A stretch of DNA of 64,000 nucleotides from an uncultured delta proteobacterium (lineage in GTDB: Bacteria; Desulfobacterota; Binatia; Binatales; Binataceae), in contig CAWEEQ010000004.1 of assembly GCA_963808235.1 (NCBI GenBank), positions 1,152,001-1,216,000 on the forward strand, written 5' to 3'. The translations under genes and the position numbers were made by a program. The notes under the pieces were generated by a model. It saw only the letters and a program-made list of their open reading frames with translations. It searched no databases and was not told where the DNA came from. Each line of letters starts with the position of its first letter. Within the stretch, counting starts at the first letter, position 1. Positions 49,481 to 58,672 of this stretch are shown here, one piece after another.

Positions 49481-50236
49481 TTAACTCGCAATCCATCCGC
49501 CGTCGATGATGAAGGGTGCGCCGGTGGCGAACGGCGCTGCGTCACTCGCGAGGAACAACGCGGTCTGCGCAATTTCGTCGGCCGAGCCGACGCGGCCGAG
49601 GACGGAGCTGCGCTGGATAAACTTTGGTTGCATCCCGTCGGGGCCGGTGATTCGATCGACCATCGGGGTGTGGATGACGCCTGGGCAGATGCAGTTGACG
49701 CGTATGTTGTAGCGGCCGTACTCGAGCGCTGCGACGCGAGTGAGTGCGATGACCCCCGCCTTGGCCGCGCAATACGCGGCGGCGCCCTTGAGTCCCACGA
49801 TTCCCGCGACCGACGCAGTGTTGATGACCGCGCCACCGCCGCGCTCGACGATTTTCGGGAGCCCATACTTCATTCCGAGCCATACGCCGCGAAGGTTGAT
49901 CGCGATCACGCGGTCGAAAGCCTCTTCGCTAAGTTGCGCGATGAAACCGGACTCACCTTCGATTCCCGCGTTATTGTAGAGCACGTCGAGACCGCCGAAT
50001 GCGCGCGCCGTCTGCTCGACCATCGCACGCGCGTCCTCGGAGTCCGACACGTCGGCGCGAAGCGAAATCGCCTCGCCACCGGCGGCTTTGATCATCTGTG
50101 CGGTTTCGGCCGCCGACGCTTCGCCGACATCGACGGCGGACACCTTAGCGCCCTCGCGCGCGAACAGGAGCGAGGCAGCGCGGCCCATTCCAGAGCCCGC
50201 GCCGGTAATCAATGCGACCTTTCCTTGAAGTCTCAT
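49481..50236 (-). CDS. SDR oxidoreductase
   Basis: TGAGSGMG, NNAG, YCAAK. Confidence 0.92.
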   Translation of the reverse strand: MRLQGKVALITGAGSGMGRAASLLFAREGAKVSAVDVGEASAAETAQMIKAAGGEAISLRADVSDSEDARAMVEQTARAFGGLDVLYNNAGIEGESGFIAQLSEEAFDRVIAINLRGVWLGMKYGLPKIVERGGGAVINTASVAGIVGLKGAAAYCAAKAGVIALTRVAALEYGRYNIRVNCICPGVIHTPMVDRITGPDGMQPKFIQRSSVLGRVGSADEIAQTALFLASDAAPFATGAPFIIDGGWIAS

Positions 50237-50357
50237 GCGCTTTCTCTCCAAAACAGGTTCAGAATCCGAGCGGGTTCATCCGGCGCGAAGAGTAGCGCAC
50301 TTCAAGCATTTACGGTTAGCGTCATATTTCGATAGCGCCGAGAGAGGAGGAAAACCA

Positions 50358-51161
50358 ATGATGCAATTCAACGGCAAGGCGGGGCTGGTGACCGGCGGAG
50401 GATCGGGAATCGGGCGCGCAACCGCGATCGGGTTTGCAAGGTTGGGCGGGAGAGTCGCCGTGGCCGATATCAACGGGGAGAATGCCAACAAGGTGGCGGC
50501 GGAAATCGCGGGCGCAGGCGGCAAGGCGATTGCAATCGTTTGTGACGTCACGCGGGCCGCGGATATCGACATGATGATCGCGCGGACTAATGCGGAGTTC
50601 GGGCGGATCGACCTGCTCCACAATAATGCATTCGGACTGCCGGCGGCCGCATCGAGCAGCCAGGTAGCGTCGCGAACAGCAGACGTGACTGACGAAATCT
50701 GGAACTACATGATCGAGGTCGGTCTGAGCGCGGTGTTCAGAGCGATGAAGCGCGTGCTCCCGATCATGCGCGCGCAGGGCAGTGGCGCGATAGTGAACAC
50801 GGCGTCGATTTCGGGACTGCGCGCAGATTACGGAATACCGGCGTACAACGCGGCGAAGGCAGGCGTGATAAATCTGACCCGAGCGGTGGCGATCGAATAT
50901 GCGCCCTACGGGATACGCGCCAACTGCATCTGTCCGGGCGCGATCGACACGCCACTGCTGGCACCGGCGCTGTCGCAACCGGGATTCGCGGATCGGATAA
51001 GGGAAGCTATTCCCGTGGGCCGGCTGGGTAAGCCCGAAGAAATGGCGAATGTGGTGCTGTTTCTCGCGTCAGACCTTGCGTCGTTTGTAACCGGTGCGTC
51101 GTTCGTCGCGGACGGCGGGCAGTCAGCGAAGACCGGCAGCCCGTCGTTCATTCCGGAGTGA
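50358..51161 (+). CDS. SDR oxidoreductase
   Basis: TGGGSGIG, YNAAK, ICPG; GAGGAGG RBS. Confidence 0.92.
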   Translation: MMQFNGKAGLVTGGGSGIGRATAIGFARLGGRVAVADINGENANKVAAEIAGAGGKAIAIVCDVTRAADIDMMIARTNAEFGRIDLLHNNAFGLPAAASSSQVASRTADVTDEIWNYMIEVGLSAVFRAMKRVLPIMRAQGSGAIVNTASISGLRADYGIPAYNAAKAGVINLTRAVAIEYAPYGIRANCICPGAIDTPLLAPALSQPGFADRIREAIPVGRLGKPEEMANVVLFLASDLASFVTGASFVADGGQSAKTGSPSFIPE

Positions 51162-51164
51162 AAT

Positions 51165-51204
51165 ACAAAAGGACGGAGTCGCGGCTTAGAGCCGCGACTC
51201 CGTC
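51165..51204 (-). terminator. intrinsic terminator (possibly bidirectional)
   Basis: GACGGAGTCGCGGCT-TAG-AGCCGCGACTCCGTC 15-bp stem with T-tract on the minus strand. Confidence 0.8.
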
Positions 51205-51231
51205 GGGTTGGGGAGTTGGGGGAGGTCGTCT

Positions 51232-51766
51232 TTACTCAGTGGGAGTTGAAGAGCTCTCGCCTTGCGCGAACAGGGCATGCATCTCGGCGTGAATCGAGTC
51301 GAGCTTGGCCTTGGTCGCGGACACCTGAGCGAGCTGCGCCGGAGTGAGCACGTTGCGGATCGCGATCGCGTCCTGAACCTGCTCGTTGGTCATCTGAGCC
51401 TGCAGCGTCGGTGATCTGCTGAACCGGTGCGGACAGATCGGTGGCAGCGACCGAGCCGGTCGAAGTATACTTCGCCGCGATTTGCTCCTTGGCGGCTCTG
51501 AGCTGCTGGTACTCAGCCTTTCGCGCGGCGCGGCGGCTCTCGAAGATAGTGTGGATCTGTTGCTTCTGCGCGTCGGTCAGATTCGCAGTCTTCAACAGAA
51601 GTGGGAGGGGGACGCCGAGCGTGCTCATGCCGCCGCGCATGCCATGATGGCCCATATGGCCACCGCCGAATCCGCCTGAATTAGAAGATGCCACGTGCGC
51701 CACCGCGGCGACCAGGACAAGCGCCATAGTTGCCGGAACGATCGCGCGAGAAAACTTCGAAACCAT
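51232..51766 (-). CDS. Spy/CpxP-family periplasmic LTxxQ protein (apparent frameshift ~51410)
   Basis: Signal peptide, GHMGHHG, LTDAQ; removing one base restores TLQAQMTNEQ..VLTPAQ..stop 51232; AAGGAG RBS. Confidence 0.8.
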
Positions 51767-51821
51767 AAAAACTCCTTGTGATGGTCGCCACCTTCGTTGG
51801 GGCAACGCTCTCACATGAATG

Positions 51822-51846
51822 TACGTTAAGCGAAAAAACCGGTTAC
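51822..51846 (-). promoter_or_regulatory. ECF sigma promoter GTAACCG-N14-CGTA
   Basis: Same -35/-10 words and spacing as 25807-25831. Confidence 0.7.
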
Positions 51847-51862
51847 GACTTTGCCGAGTCAG

Positions 51863-52711
51863 CTATGCTCGACGGGTCGCCATCAGGCGGTTTGCATCCG
51901 GATAGCTCACGGACCCATCAAACATAGAGGCGTAAGTGCCCGTGCCGAGCAATTCTCCCGCTACCTTTCGCACCGTGCCCATGGCGGCGAGAGTTGGCGA
52001 CGTTCCGACGCTAAGTCGTGCGACGCCGAGCCGCTCGAGTTCCGAAACATTTGGAATGCCTGGCGACGCGAGCAAATTCAGCGGTCCTTCGAGCGCGGGC
52101 ACGATTCGCGCGATATCAGCAGGCTTAACGACGCGTGGCACAAAGAGACAGTCGGCGCCCGCGCCACGGTATGCATTCGCACGGCGCACTGCGTGATCGA
52201 AGCGGCTGTCCTCGACACCGACCGCGAGCAGATACACGTCGGTGCGCGCATTGATCACGATTGGAACGCCGCTCGAGTTGGCGGCTTGGCGCGCCGCTCG
52301 CACGCGCTCGATCGCAACGTCCAAATCGTAGAGTGAGTGCGAGCCGTCGTGAATCTGATCTTCGAGATTAATTCCGATGGCGCCCGCGTCGATTACGCGG
52401 CGAACGGTATCGGCCACTTCGCGTGCGTCGCGTGCGAAGCCGGACTCGATGTCCGCGGAAACGGGAACGGTTACAACTCGAGCGATACGAGCGATCGCCG
52501 CAATCATTTCATCGCGCGGCATCGCTTCGCCGTCGGGATAGCCGACCGAAAAGGCGACGCCGGCGCTAGTGGTTGCGATCGCGCGGGCGCCGGCCTCTTC
52601 GATAACCCGGGCACTCATCGCGTCCCACGCATTGGGCAGGACGAGAATCCTCGAGCCGACGTGCATCGCGCGAAATGCTTCCGCCTTGGCGCGTTGTGTA
52701 TCCTGATTCAT
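51863..52711 (-). CDS. isocitrate lyase/PEP mutase family protein
   Basis: LPNAWD..SA, ATTSAG, ADIESG, GINLED, INARTD, AGADC.F. Confidence 0.9.
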   Translation of the reverse strand: MNQDTQRAKAEAFRAMHVGSRILVLPNAWDAMSARVIEEAGARAIATTSAGVAFSVGYPDGEAMPRDEMIAAIARIARVVTVPVSADIESGFARDAREVADTVRRVIDAGAIGINLEDQIHDGSHSLYDLDVAIERVRAARQAANSSGVPIVINARTDVYLLAVGVEDSRFDHAVRRANAYRGAGADCLFVPRVVKPADIARIVPALEGPLNLLASPGIPNVSELERLGVARLSVGTSPTLAAMGTVRKVAGELLGTGTYASMFDGSVSYPDANRLMATRRA

Positions 52712-52795
52712 GTTGCCTCCGTCTGCGGGTCGATCTGTCGATACATACAACACCGCAGCGAGCCAGGTGTGAAATCGCGCGAACAAGATTGTGCA

Positions 52796-55700
52796 TCAAT
52801 GAAAATCGTGCGAGGGCGGAATCTGACCGGCGATGGTGATTTCCTCGAAGCGCCGCGCACGAATCGCAGTTACACCGTCGACCTGTTGCAACACGCCTTC
52901 GGCAAGCAGGATTCCGGCGCTGCGGAGCAGGAGGCGATGTTTCTGGAAAAGATCGGGCGTGACGATCAGGTTGGCAATGCCGGTCTCATCTTCCAGGGTG
53001 AGGAACAAAAAGCCCTTCGCGGTGCCCGGGCGTTGGCGCACGATCACGACTCCGGCGGTCTTCACCCACGATTCGTGTTTGGCGCGCGTGAGATCGTCGG
53101 CGCTGAGCACGTGCTGCGCGCGCAGCTTCTCGCGCAGGTAGGTCATCAGATGCGGCCCGGCAGTGAGGCCGGTCGCGGCGTAGTCGGCCAGCGTTTCATC
53201 AATCGGCGACATCGATGCGAGCGGAGCCGCGCCCGGCCGGGGTTTCACGCCCGCAAGCAGGCTCGCCGGATCGCGCTCGACCGCGGCCGCATTCCACATC
53301 GCGTCGCGCCGCGTGAGTCCGAAACTTGCGAATGCGCCCGCATAGGCGAGCGCGTCGATTTCGCGGCGGTTGGGGCCGACTCGCGCGGTAAGATCGGCAA
53401 TCGAATCGAACTGGCGGCGAGCGCGCTCAGTTTCGATTCGAAGCCCAATTTCCTCGCGCAGGCCGGTGACGTAGCGCAGCCCCATGCGCATCGCGAGTTT
53501 TGTTGTCCGTGCCATCTCGAGCGTGCATTTCCAGTCAGAACGAGTCACGTCGACAGGCAGCGCAGTCGCGCCGTGGCGCTCGGCGTCTTTCACCAGCGTC
53601 GAGGGATGATAGAACCCGAGCGGATAGCAGTTGAGCATCGCGGCAAAGAACGCCGCCGGATGATGATACTTCAGGTACGCCGACGCATACGCGATCAATG
53701 CGAAGCTGGCGGCATGCGATTCGGGGAATCCGTACAGCGCAAACGACGTGATCGATCGAACAATGTCATCGGCGATGTTGCCTTGGAGGCCGTTGCGCAA
53801 CATCCCGGCGCGCAAGCGCGCTTCGATCTTTTCCATTCGCTCGGCCGAGCGCTTGAATCCCATCGCGCGGCGCAGCTCTTCGGCCTCGCCACCGCTGAAA
53901 CCCGCCACCGTCATCGCCATTCGCAATAGCTGCTCCTGAAAAAGCGGGACGCCGAGTGTGCGGCGCAGGATCGGCTCGAGCGAAGGATGCGGATACTCGA
54001 CCGGGGCGCGATTGTTGCGGCGATCGAGATAAGGATGGACCATTTTGCCGACGATTGGGCCGGGCCGGATTATCGCGACCTCAACCACCAGATCATAAAA
54101 CCGCTCGGGCTTCATCCGCGGCAGCGTCGCCATCTGCGCGCGGCTCTCGACCTGGAAAACGCCGACCGTGTCGGCGCGGCGAAGCATCGCGTACACCGCG
54201 GGGTCATCTGATGGAAGATGCGCCAGATCGATCTCGACGCCCTCGTGCGTGCGGATCATCGGAATTGCCTCTTTCAGCGCCGCCAGCATCCCGAGTCCGA
54301 GCAGATCGATCTTGATGATGCCGAGATCGGCGCAGTCGTCCTTGTCCCATTGGATTACCACGCGGCCCGGCATCGAGGCCGGCTCGAGCGGAACGATTTC
54401 ATCGAGCGGCTGCGCGGCGATCACCATGCCGCCGCTATGCTGTCCGAGATGACGCGGGACGCTCTGAATCTTGCGCACCAGCTCGACCAGCATCCGGATT
54501 CGCGGCGCTTCCGCATCGACTCCCCCGCGCCGCAGCAGTGCCACGAGATCATCGTGATGATCGCGGAACTCGTACACCTGGTTGAGCTTGGCGAGCCGGT
54601 CGACCTGCTCGAGCGAGAAACCGAGCGCCTTGCCAACTTCGCGAACCGCGCTCCGGGTGCGATAGGTGATCACGTTCGCAGTCATCGCGGCGCCGCGCGC
54701 GCCGTAGCGGCCATAGACGTACTGGATCGCTTTCTCGCGATCGTCGCCGCTGGGCAAATCGAGATCGATATCGGGCCATTCGCCGCGTTCCTCGGAAAGG
54801 AAACGCTCGAAGAGGAGCTCCATTTTCACCGCGTCCACGGCGGTGATTCCGAGCGCATAGCAAACCGCGCTGTTGGCCGCGGAGCCGCGTCCCTGCACCA
54901 TGATTGCGTTCTCGCGGCAGAACTGGACGATGTCCCAAACGATCAGGAAGTAGCCGCCGAGTTTGAGCCGTTCGATAATTCCAAGTTCATGCTCCAGTTG
55001 GCGTCGCGTGCGATTGTCGACCGCGCCGCGCCATCGCTCGCGCGCGCCGGCGTAGGTGAGGATTCGAAGATAGCTGTCGACTGTTTCGCCGGGCGGCAAC
55101 GGATAGTCGGGGAAGCGGTAACCCATGTCGCAGAGCTGAAATGTGCATCGCTCGGCAATGGCGCGCGTCGCGGCGACGGCGTGCGGCAAATCGCGTAAAA
55201 TGGCGGCCATCTCGGCCGGCGACTTCAGATGACGCTGACTGTTCACCCACAACGCACGACCGGCTTCCTCGAGCGTGGTTTTCAGCCTGATGCAGGTCAT
55301 CACGTCGAGCAGTTTGCGGTCGGCGCCTGCATGACAAACGTCGTTGCTCGCGACGATTGGAATTTTCATCGCGGCGGCGAGCGCGGCTAGCTTGCGATTG
55401 AGGCGCTCCTCACCGGCGTCGAGATGGCGTTGCAAATCGATATAAAGATTCGCCGCGCCGAAAATCGTGCGCAGCCGATCGCTCAATGCACGTGGATCTT
55501 CGCCGCGAATCAGCATCCGCGCGAGCGGACTCATCACGCCGCCGGCAAGACAGATGAGCCCGTTGCCGTAGCGCTCCAACTCATCGAGGGTGATGCGGCT
55601 TTCACCCTTACTCGGATAAACGGGCGCCGCGAACGAGCCGTCGCGTGTGCGCGCGCCCGGATTCAGGATGCGCATCTTCGAGTCTGTGATCATCCGGCAG

Positions 55701-55969
55701 AGATTTTTGTAGCGCTCGCGATCGGGAACCAGGACATACAGGCGCGAGTTGTCGTCGAGAGTCAGCTCCGTGCCGACGATTTGGCGGAGCCCCGCATTTT
55801 TTGCGGCAAGATAGAAACGCGGTGCACCGTAGAGGCCGTCGCGATCGCCCATCGCGAGCGCGCTGTAGCCGAGTTCCGCGGCGCGGATTGCGAGATCTTC
55901 GGGCGTGCTCGCGCCTTCGAGGAAGCTGAATGCGCTGCGGGCGCGAAGTTCGATGTAGTCGGAGTTCAT
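52796..55969 (-). CDS. dnaE2: error-prone DNA polymerase DnaE2 (ImuC)
   Basis: S.FSFL.GAS, GRGSAANS, PDIDLD, KIDLLGLGML, YGFPESHA, OB-fold, C-terminal SHDFH. Confidence 0.95.
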   Translation of the reverse strand: MNSDYIELRARSAFSFLEGASTPEDLAIRAAELGYSALAMGDRDGLYGAPRFYLAAKNAGLRQIVGTELTLDDNSRLYVLVPDRERYKNLCRMITDSKMRILNPGARTRDGSFAAPVYPSKGESRITLDELERYGNGLICLAGGVMSPLARMLIRGEDPRALSDRLRTIFGAANLYIDLQRHLDAGEERLNRKLAALAAAMKIPIVASNDVCHAGADRKLLDVMTCIRLKTTLEEAGRALWVNSQRHLKSPAEMAAILRDLPHAVAATRAIAERCTFQLCDMGYRFPDYPLPPGETVDSYLRILTYAGARERWRGAVDNRTRRQLEHELGIIERLKLGGYFLIVWDIVQFCRENAIMVQGRGSAANSAVCYALGITAVDAVKMELLFERFLSEERGEWPDIDLDLPSGDDREKAIQYVYGRYGARGAAMTANVITYRTRSAVREVGKALGFSLEQVDRLAKLNQVYEFRDHHDDLVALLRRGGVDAEAPRIRMLVELVRKIQSVPRHLGQHSGGMVIAAQPLDEIVPLEPASMPGRVVIQWDKDDCADLGIIKIDLLGLGMLAALKEAIPMIRTHEGVEIDLAHLPSDDPAVYAMLRRADTVGVFQVESRAQMATLPRMKPERFYDLVVEVAIIRPGPIVGKMVHPYLDRRNNRAPVEYPHPSLEPILRRTLGVPLFQEQLLRMAMTVAGFSGGEAEELRRAMGFKRSAERMEKIEARLRAGMLRNGLQGNIADDIVRSITSFALYGFPESHAASFALIAYASAYLKYHHPAAFFAAMLNCYPLGFYHPSTLVKDAERHGATALPVDVTRSDWKCTLEMARTTKLAMRMGLRYVTGLREEIGLRIETERARRQFDSIADLTARVGPNRREIDALAYAGAFASFGLTRRDAMWNAAAVERDPASLLAGVKPRPGAAPLASMSPIDETLADYAATGLTAGPHLMTYLREKLRAQHVLSADDLTRAKHESWVKTAGVVIVRQRPGTAKGFLFLTLEDETGIANLIVTPDLFQKHRLLLRSAGILLAEGVLQQVDGVTAIRARRFEEITIAGQIPPSHDFH

Positions 55970-55982
55970 GTCGCGAGCCAAG

Positions 55983-57705
55983 TCAGTCGTAGGCACCGTC
56001 GAGGAACCATTGGTCACGAGTTCAGATCGCGGAAGACGCGATACACGCCGCCGTCTTCGAGCGCGAGTTCATAGTAATCGCGAGCGAAACCGCATTTCGT
56101 GGCGCCGTTCATTGCCGTTCGCGCAGCGCGTTCGGAAGAACCATTGAGATGCGGGTTGGGTGAGGATGTTGATGTGAGCGAGGACAACGCCTTCAAGTTT
56201 TGCGCGGATACTTCGCGCGGATGCGCTCCGAACATGCGCCCGTCGTGTAACTCCAGGCCGCGCTCTGCTGCGGCGAGACTTTTTTGGCCGGATGAATCTG
56301 CCTGCATATCCGCGACGCTTCCAAGCCACCATTCGCCGTCGCGGCGCCATGGGCCGGCGATCGAGATCACCCGCGCGCTGAGATTCTCTCCGCGAACGAA
56401 TTCCGGAATTTCCCGCGAGCACATCACTTCGATCTCCCGCGCCGGCCGAATCGCGCGTATCACCAGTTGAGTCACACTTTTCGCGGCTCCGTTTTCAGAA
56501 ATTAGCGGCGGTGCGGGCGGCGCAAACGGATCGAGCCGCATCGCTTCCGGCCGATGCGAATTTTCCGCGCTGATTGCGCCAACGTTGCCGGGACCGCATA
56601 GCGCGGACAGGCGCGCGATCGTGGTCTGCAACTTGTCCGGCGCGGGACACGGCGGGAGAAACATATCGGCCTGCGCGGGACGCGGAACGCGCTGTGCAAT
56701 CTCGATTCGAATCGTTTCAACCGCAGCCTCGGGCGGCGCGGTTTCGAGATTCAGGTTGATGAGAGTGAGAATCGCGCGGACGTCGTTCGATGGCGCCGCG
56801 ACCGCGACCCGGCGGCTGAAACTGCGATGACCGCTCATCCCGAACGCCAGCGTGATATCGCCGGCTACCAGTCCGCGAAGCGAAAGCCGCTCGGCGAGCC
56901 GCTCGAGCATCGTGCGCATGACAAATCCGAGCGGCTCCAGGTTTTCGATTCCGTATTCGAGCTCGATTGTTTCAGTGAAGAGCTCGGCGCGGCGGCGGGG
57001 CACCAGCGGTGCATGACTTCCGCCGCGCGCCAATCTGACCAGCTCCACGCCGGCGCGGCCAAGCCGCGTGCCTATTGCGTCAGGACTAAGCCGCGCCAGT
57101 TCGCCCAGCCGACGCATCCCCCATCTTGCGAGCGTGGTCTCGAGATCGTCGCCGCGATCTGATTTTCCGAGAGCGAGCATGTCGAGCGGCAACCAGTTCA
57201 GGAACTCGCGCTCGCGCCCGGCTTCGATCACGCGCACCCCGCCGCATCGCGCGGCCAGATGCGCCAGTTCCTTGTTTGAGGCGATGCCGATGGCGGATTG
57301 CATGCCGACTCTTCGCACACATCGCGTAATTTCAGCGGCGATTTCTTCTTCGCCGCGGTAGATGCGATTCAATCCCGCGAGATCGAGCCAAACGCATCCC
57401 GGCACACCCGACTCGACCACCGGCGAAACCGATTCGGCCGCGTCGAGCAACGCCGAATGCGCCGAACTTTCCGCGGCTGACGAGCTATGGACAACAATCA
57501 GATCGGAGGAGACGGTGCGCGCTTGCGCGATCGTCATCCCGGGGCGGATTCCGAGCTCACGCGCGCAGTTCGAGACGGCGTCGAGGTCGGCGTGCGGGGC
57601 GAGGCTTCGCGCGATCGCCAGCACCTTGCCTTCGAGCTCGGGATTCGAGCGCACCAGCGCTGCGATCGAAAAATCGGCGACCAGGATGCACGCGATACGA
57701 GCCAT
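55983..57705 (-). CDS. imuB: ImuB inactive Y-family polymerase (apparent frameshift ~56016)
   Basis: GIRPGM, SP.VE, LAAR; C-terminal GPWR..GEWW, RDYY; removing one T restores QWFLDGAYD-stop. Confidence 0.9.
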
Positions 57706-57720
57706 CGGGACAACACCATG

Positions 57721-58614
57721 CTAGCTGCGCGATGCGGCGCGAGTGACAAAATCATGAAGACGAGAATCGGCAAGTTCTGTAAGACCAACAAAATCTTTAA
57801 ATTCAATTGGATCGATCAGCGCGCGGACGCGAACGTGCCGTCCCGTCCCGCCCATCTTGTTTCGCGCGACCATCGCATCCATCGCGAGTCCGTCGAACGT
57901 TACGGGTGAGCCCGGAGCGAGCCGGCTGAATGACGTCTCGGCGCGAGTGGTCGCGAGACTCAGCGCCGCGAACGTACCGCACATCCGCCATGGAGCGAGC
58001 GCGATCACGGCTGCGCCACTGCGCTCGGCGGCGCGCGCGATTCGCAGCGCTGAGGAATGCGCGAGCGCGCGGGGAGCCTCGCCGAAATCGATCACGACCA
58101 GGCCGAAGCCGCCCGCCTCGAGCACGAGCTCGGCCGCTTTGACGATTGCGGATTGCCGTCGCGCGAGCGCGCTGGCTGCGAAGCGCGGCGGGAAAGTTGT
58201 GCGCGAGATCCTCGATGCCGACGTCATCGACGCCCACAGCATCCTGCGCAGCTCGACCCCGGCCGCGGCCATGCTCTCCGGATCGAAACTGCCCGAACTG
58301 TCGAGCCATGCGGCGACCTCGCCACGATGGGTGGCTGTGGCGGCAAACGATGCGGCTAGCGAGGTCTTGCCGGAACCGGGTAGGCCGGTGATTTCGCTGA
58401 TTCGCCCGCGCGGGATTCCGCCGTCGACTAGCTCGTCGAGGGGAGCGAGTCCGGAGCTTAGGCGGCGGTTCTTAACAGTAAGCTCGCGACCGCGAAAAAC
58501 TCCTGAAAATTCAAGTAGTTGCGGCTTTTCGACCGAGGTATGCGACGGCAACCTGATAGCCGGAATCCGGGTGGTAGAGGGGTCGTTCCACAGAGGTTTT
58601 GGCAATGCGGCCAC
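57721..58614 (-). CDS. imuA: ImuA'/RecA-like protein
   Basis: SG...LD.L..GG.PRG..SEI.G..GSGKTS, GGFGLVVID; first gene of the cassette; GTG start chosen because the track's TTG is the -35 box. Confidence 0.85.
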   Translation of the reverse strand: MAALPKPLWNDPSTTRIPAIRLPSHTSVEKPQLLEFSGVFRGRELTVKNRRLSSGLAPLDELVDGGIPRGRISEITGLPGSGKTSLAASFAATATHRGEVAAWLDSSGSFDPESMAAAGVELRRMLWASMTSASRISRTTFPPRFAASALARRQSAIVKAAELVLEAGGFGLVVIDFGEAPRALAHSSALRIARAAERSGAAVIALAPWRMCGTFAALSLATTRAETSFSRLAPGSPVTFDGLAMDAMVARNKMGGTGRHVRVRALIDPIEFKDFVGLTELADSRLHDFVTRAASRS

Positions 58615-58620
58615 ATATTC

Positions 58621-58650
58621 AGTTTTCGCTCTTTCTTCGCTTTTTGTCAA
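58621..58650 (-). promoter_or_regulatory. imuA promoter with 11-bp-period direct repeat (candidate SOS operator)
   Basis: TTGACA-aaa-AGCGAA-gaaag-AGCGAA-aact on the minus strand. Confidence 0.6.
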
Positions 58651-58672
58651 ACCAAAAATAGGTGGGGATCGA

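Noticed and set aside
52337-53929. Long plus-strand ORF (530 aa) and similar shadow ORFs such as 335-1372, 9433-10644, 54218-55198 and 58829-59896
   Set aside because: Antisense to well-supported genes; expected in high-GC DNA; no recognisable motifs
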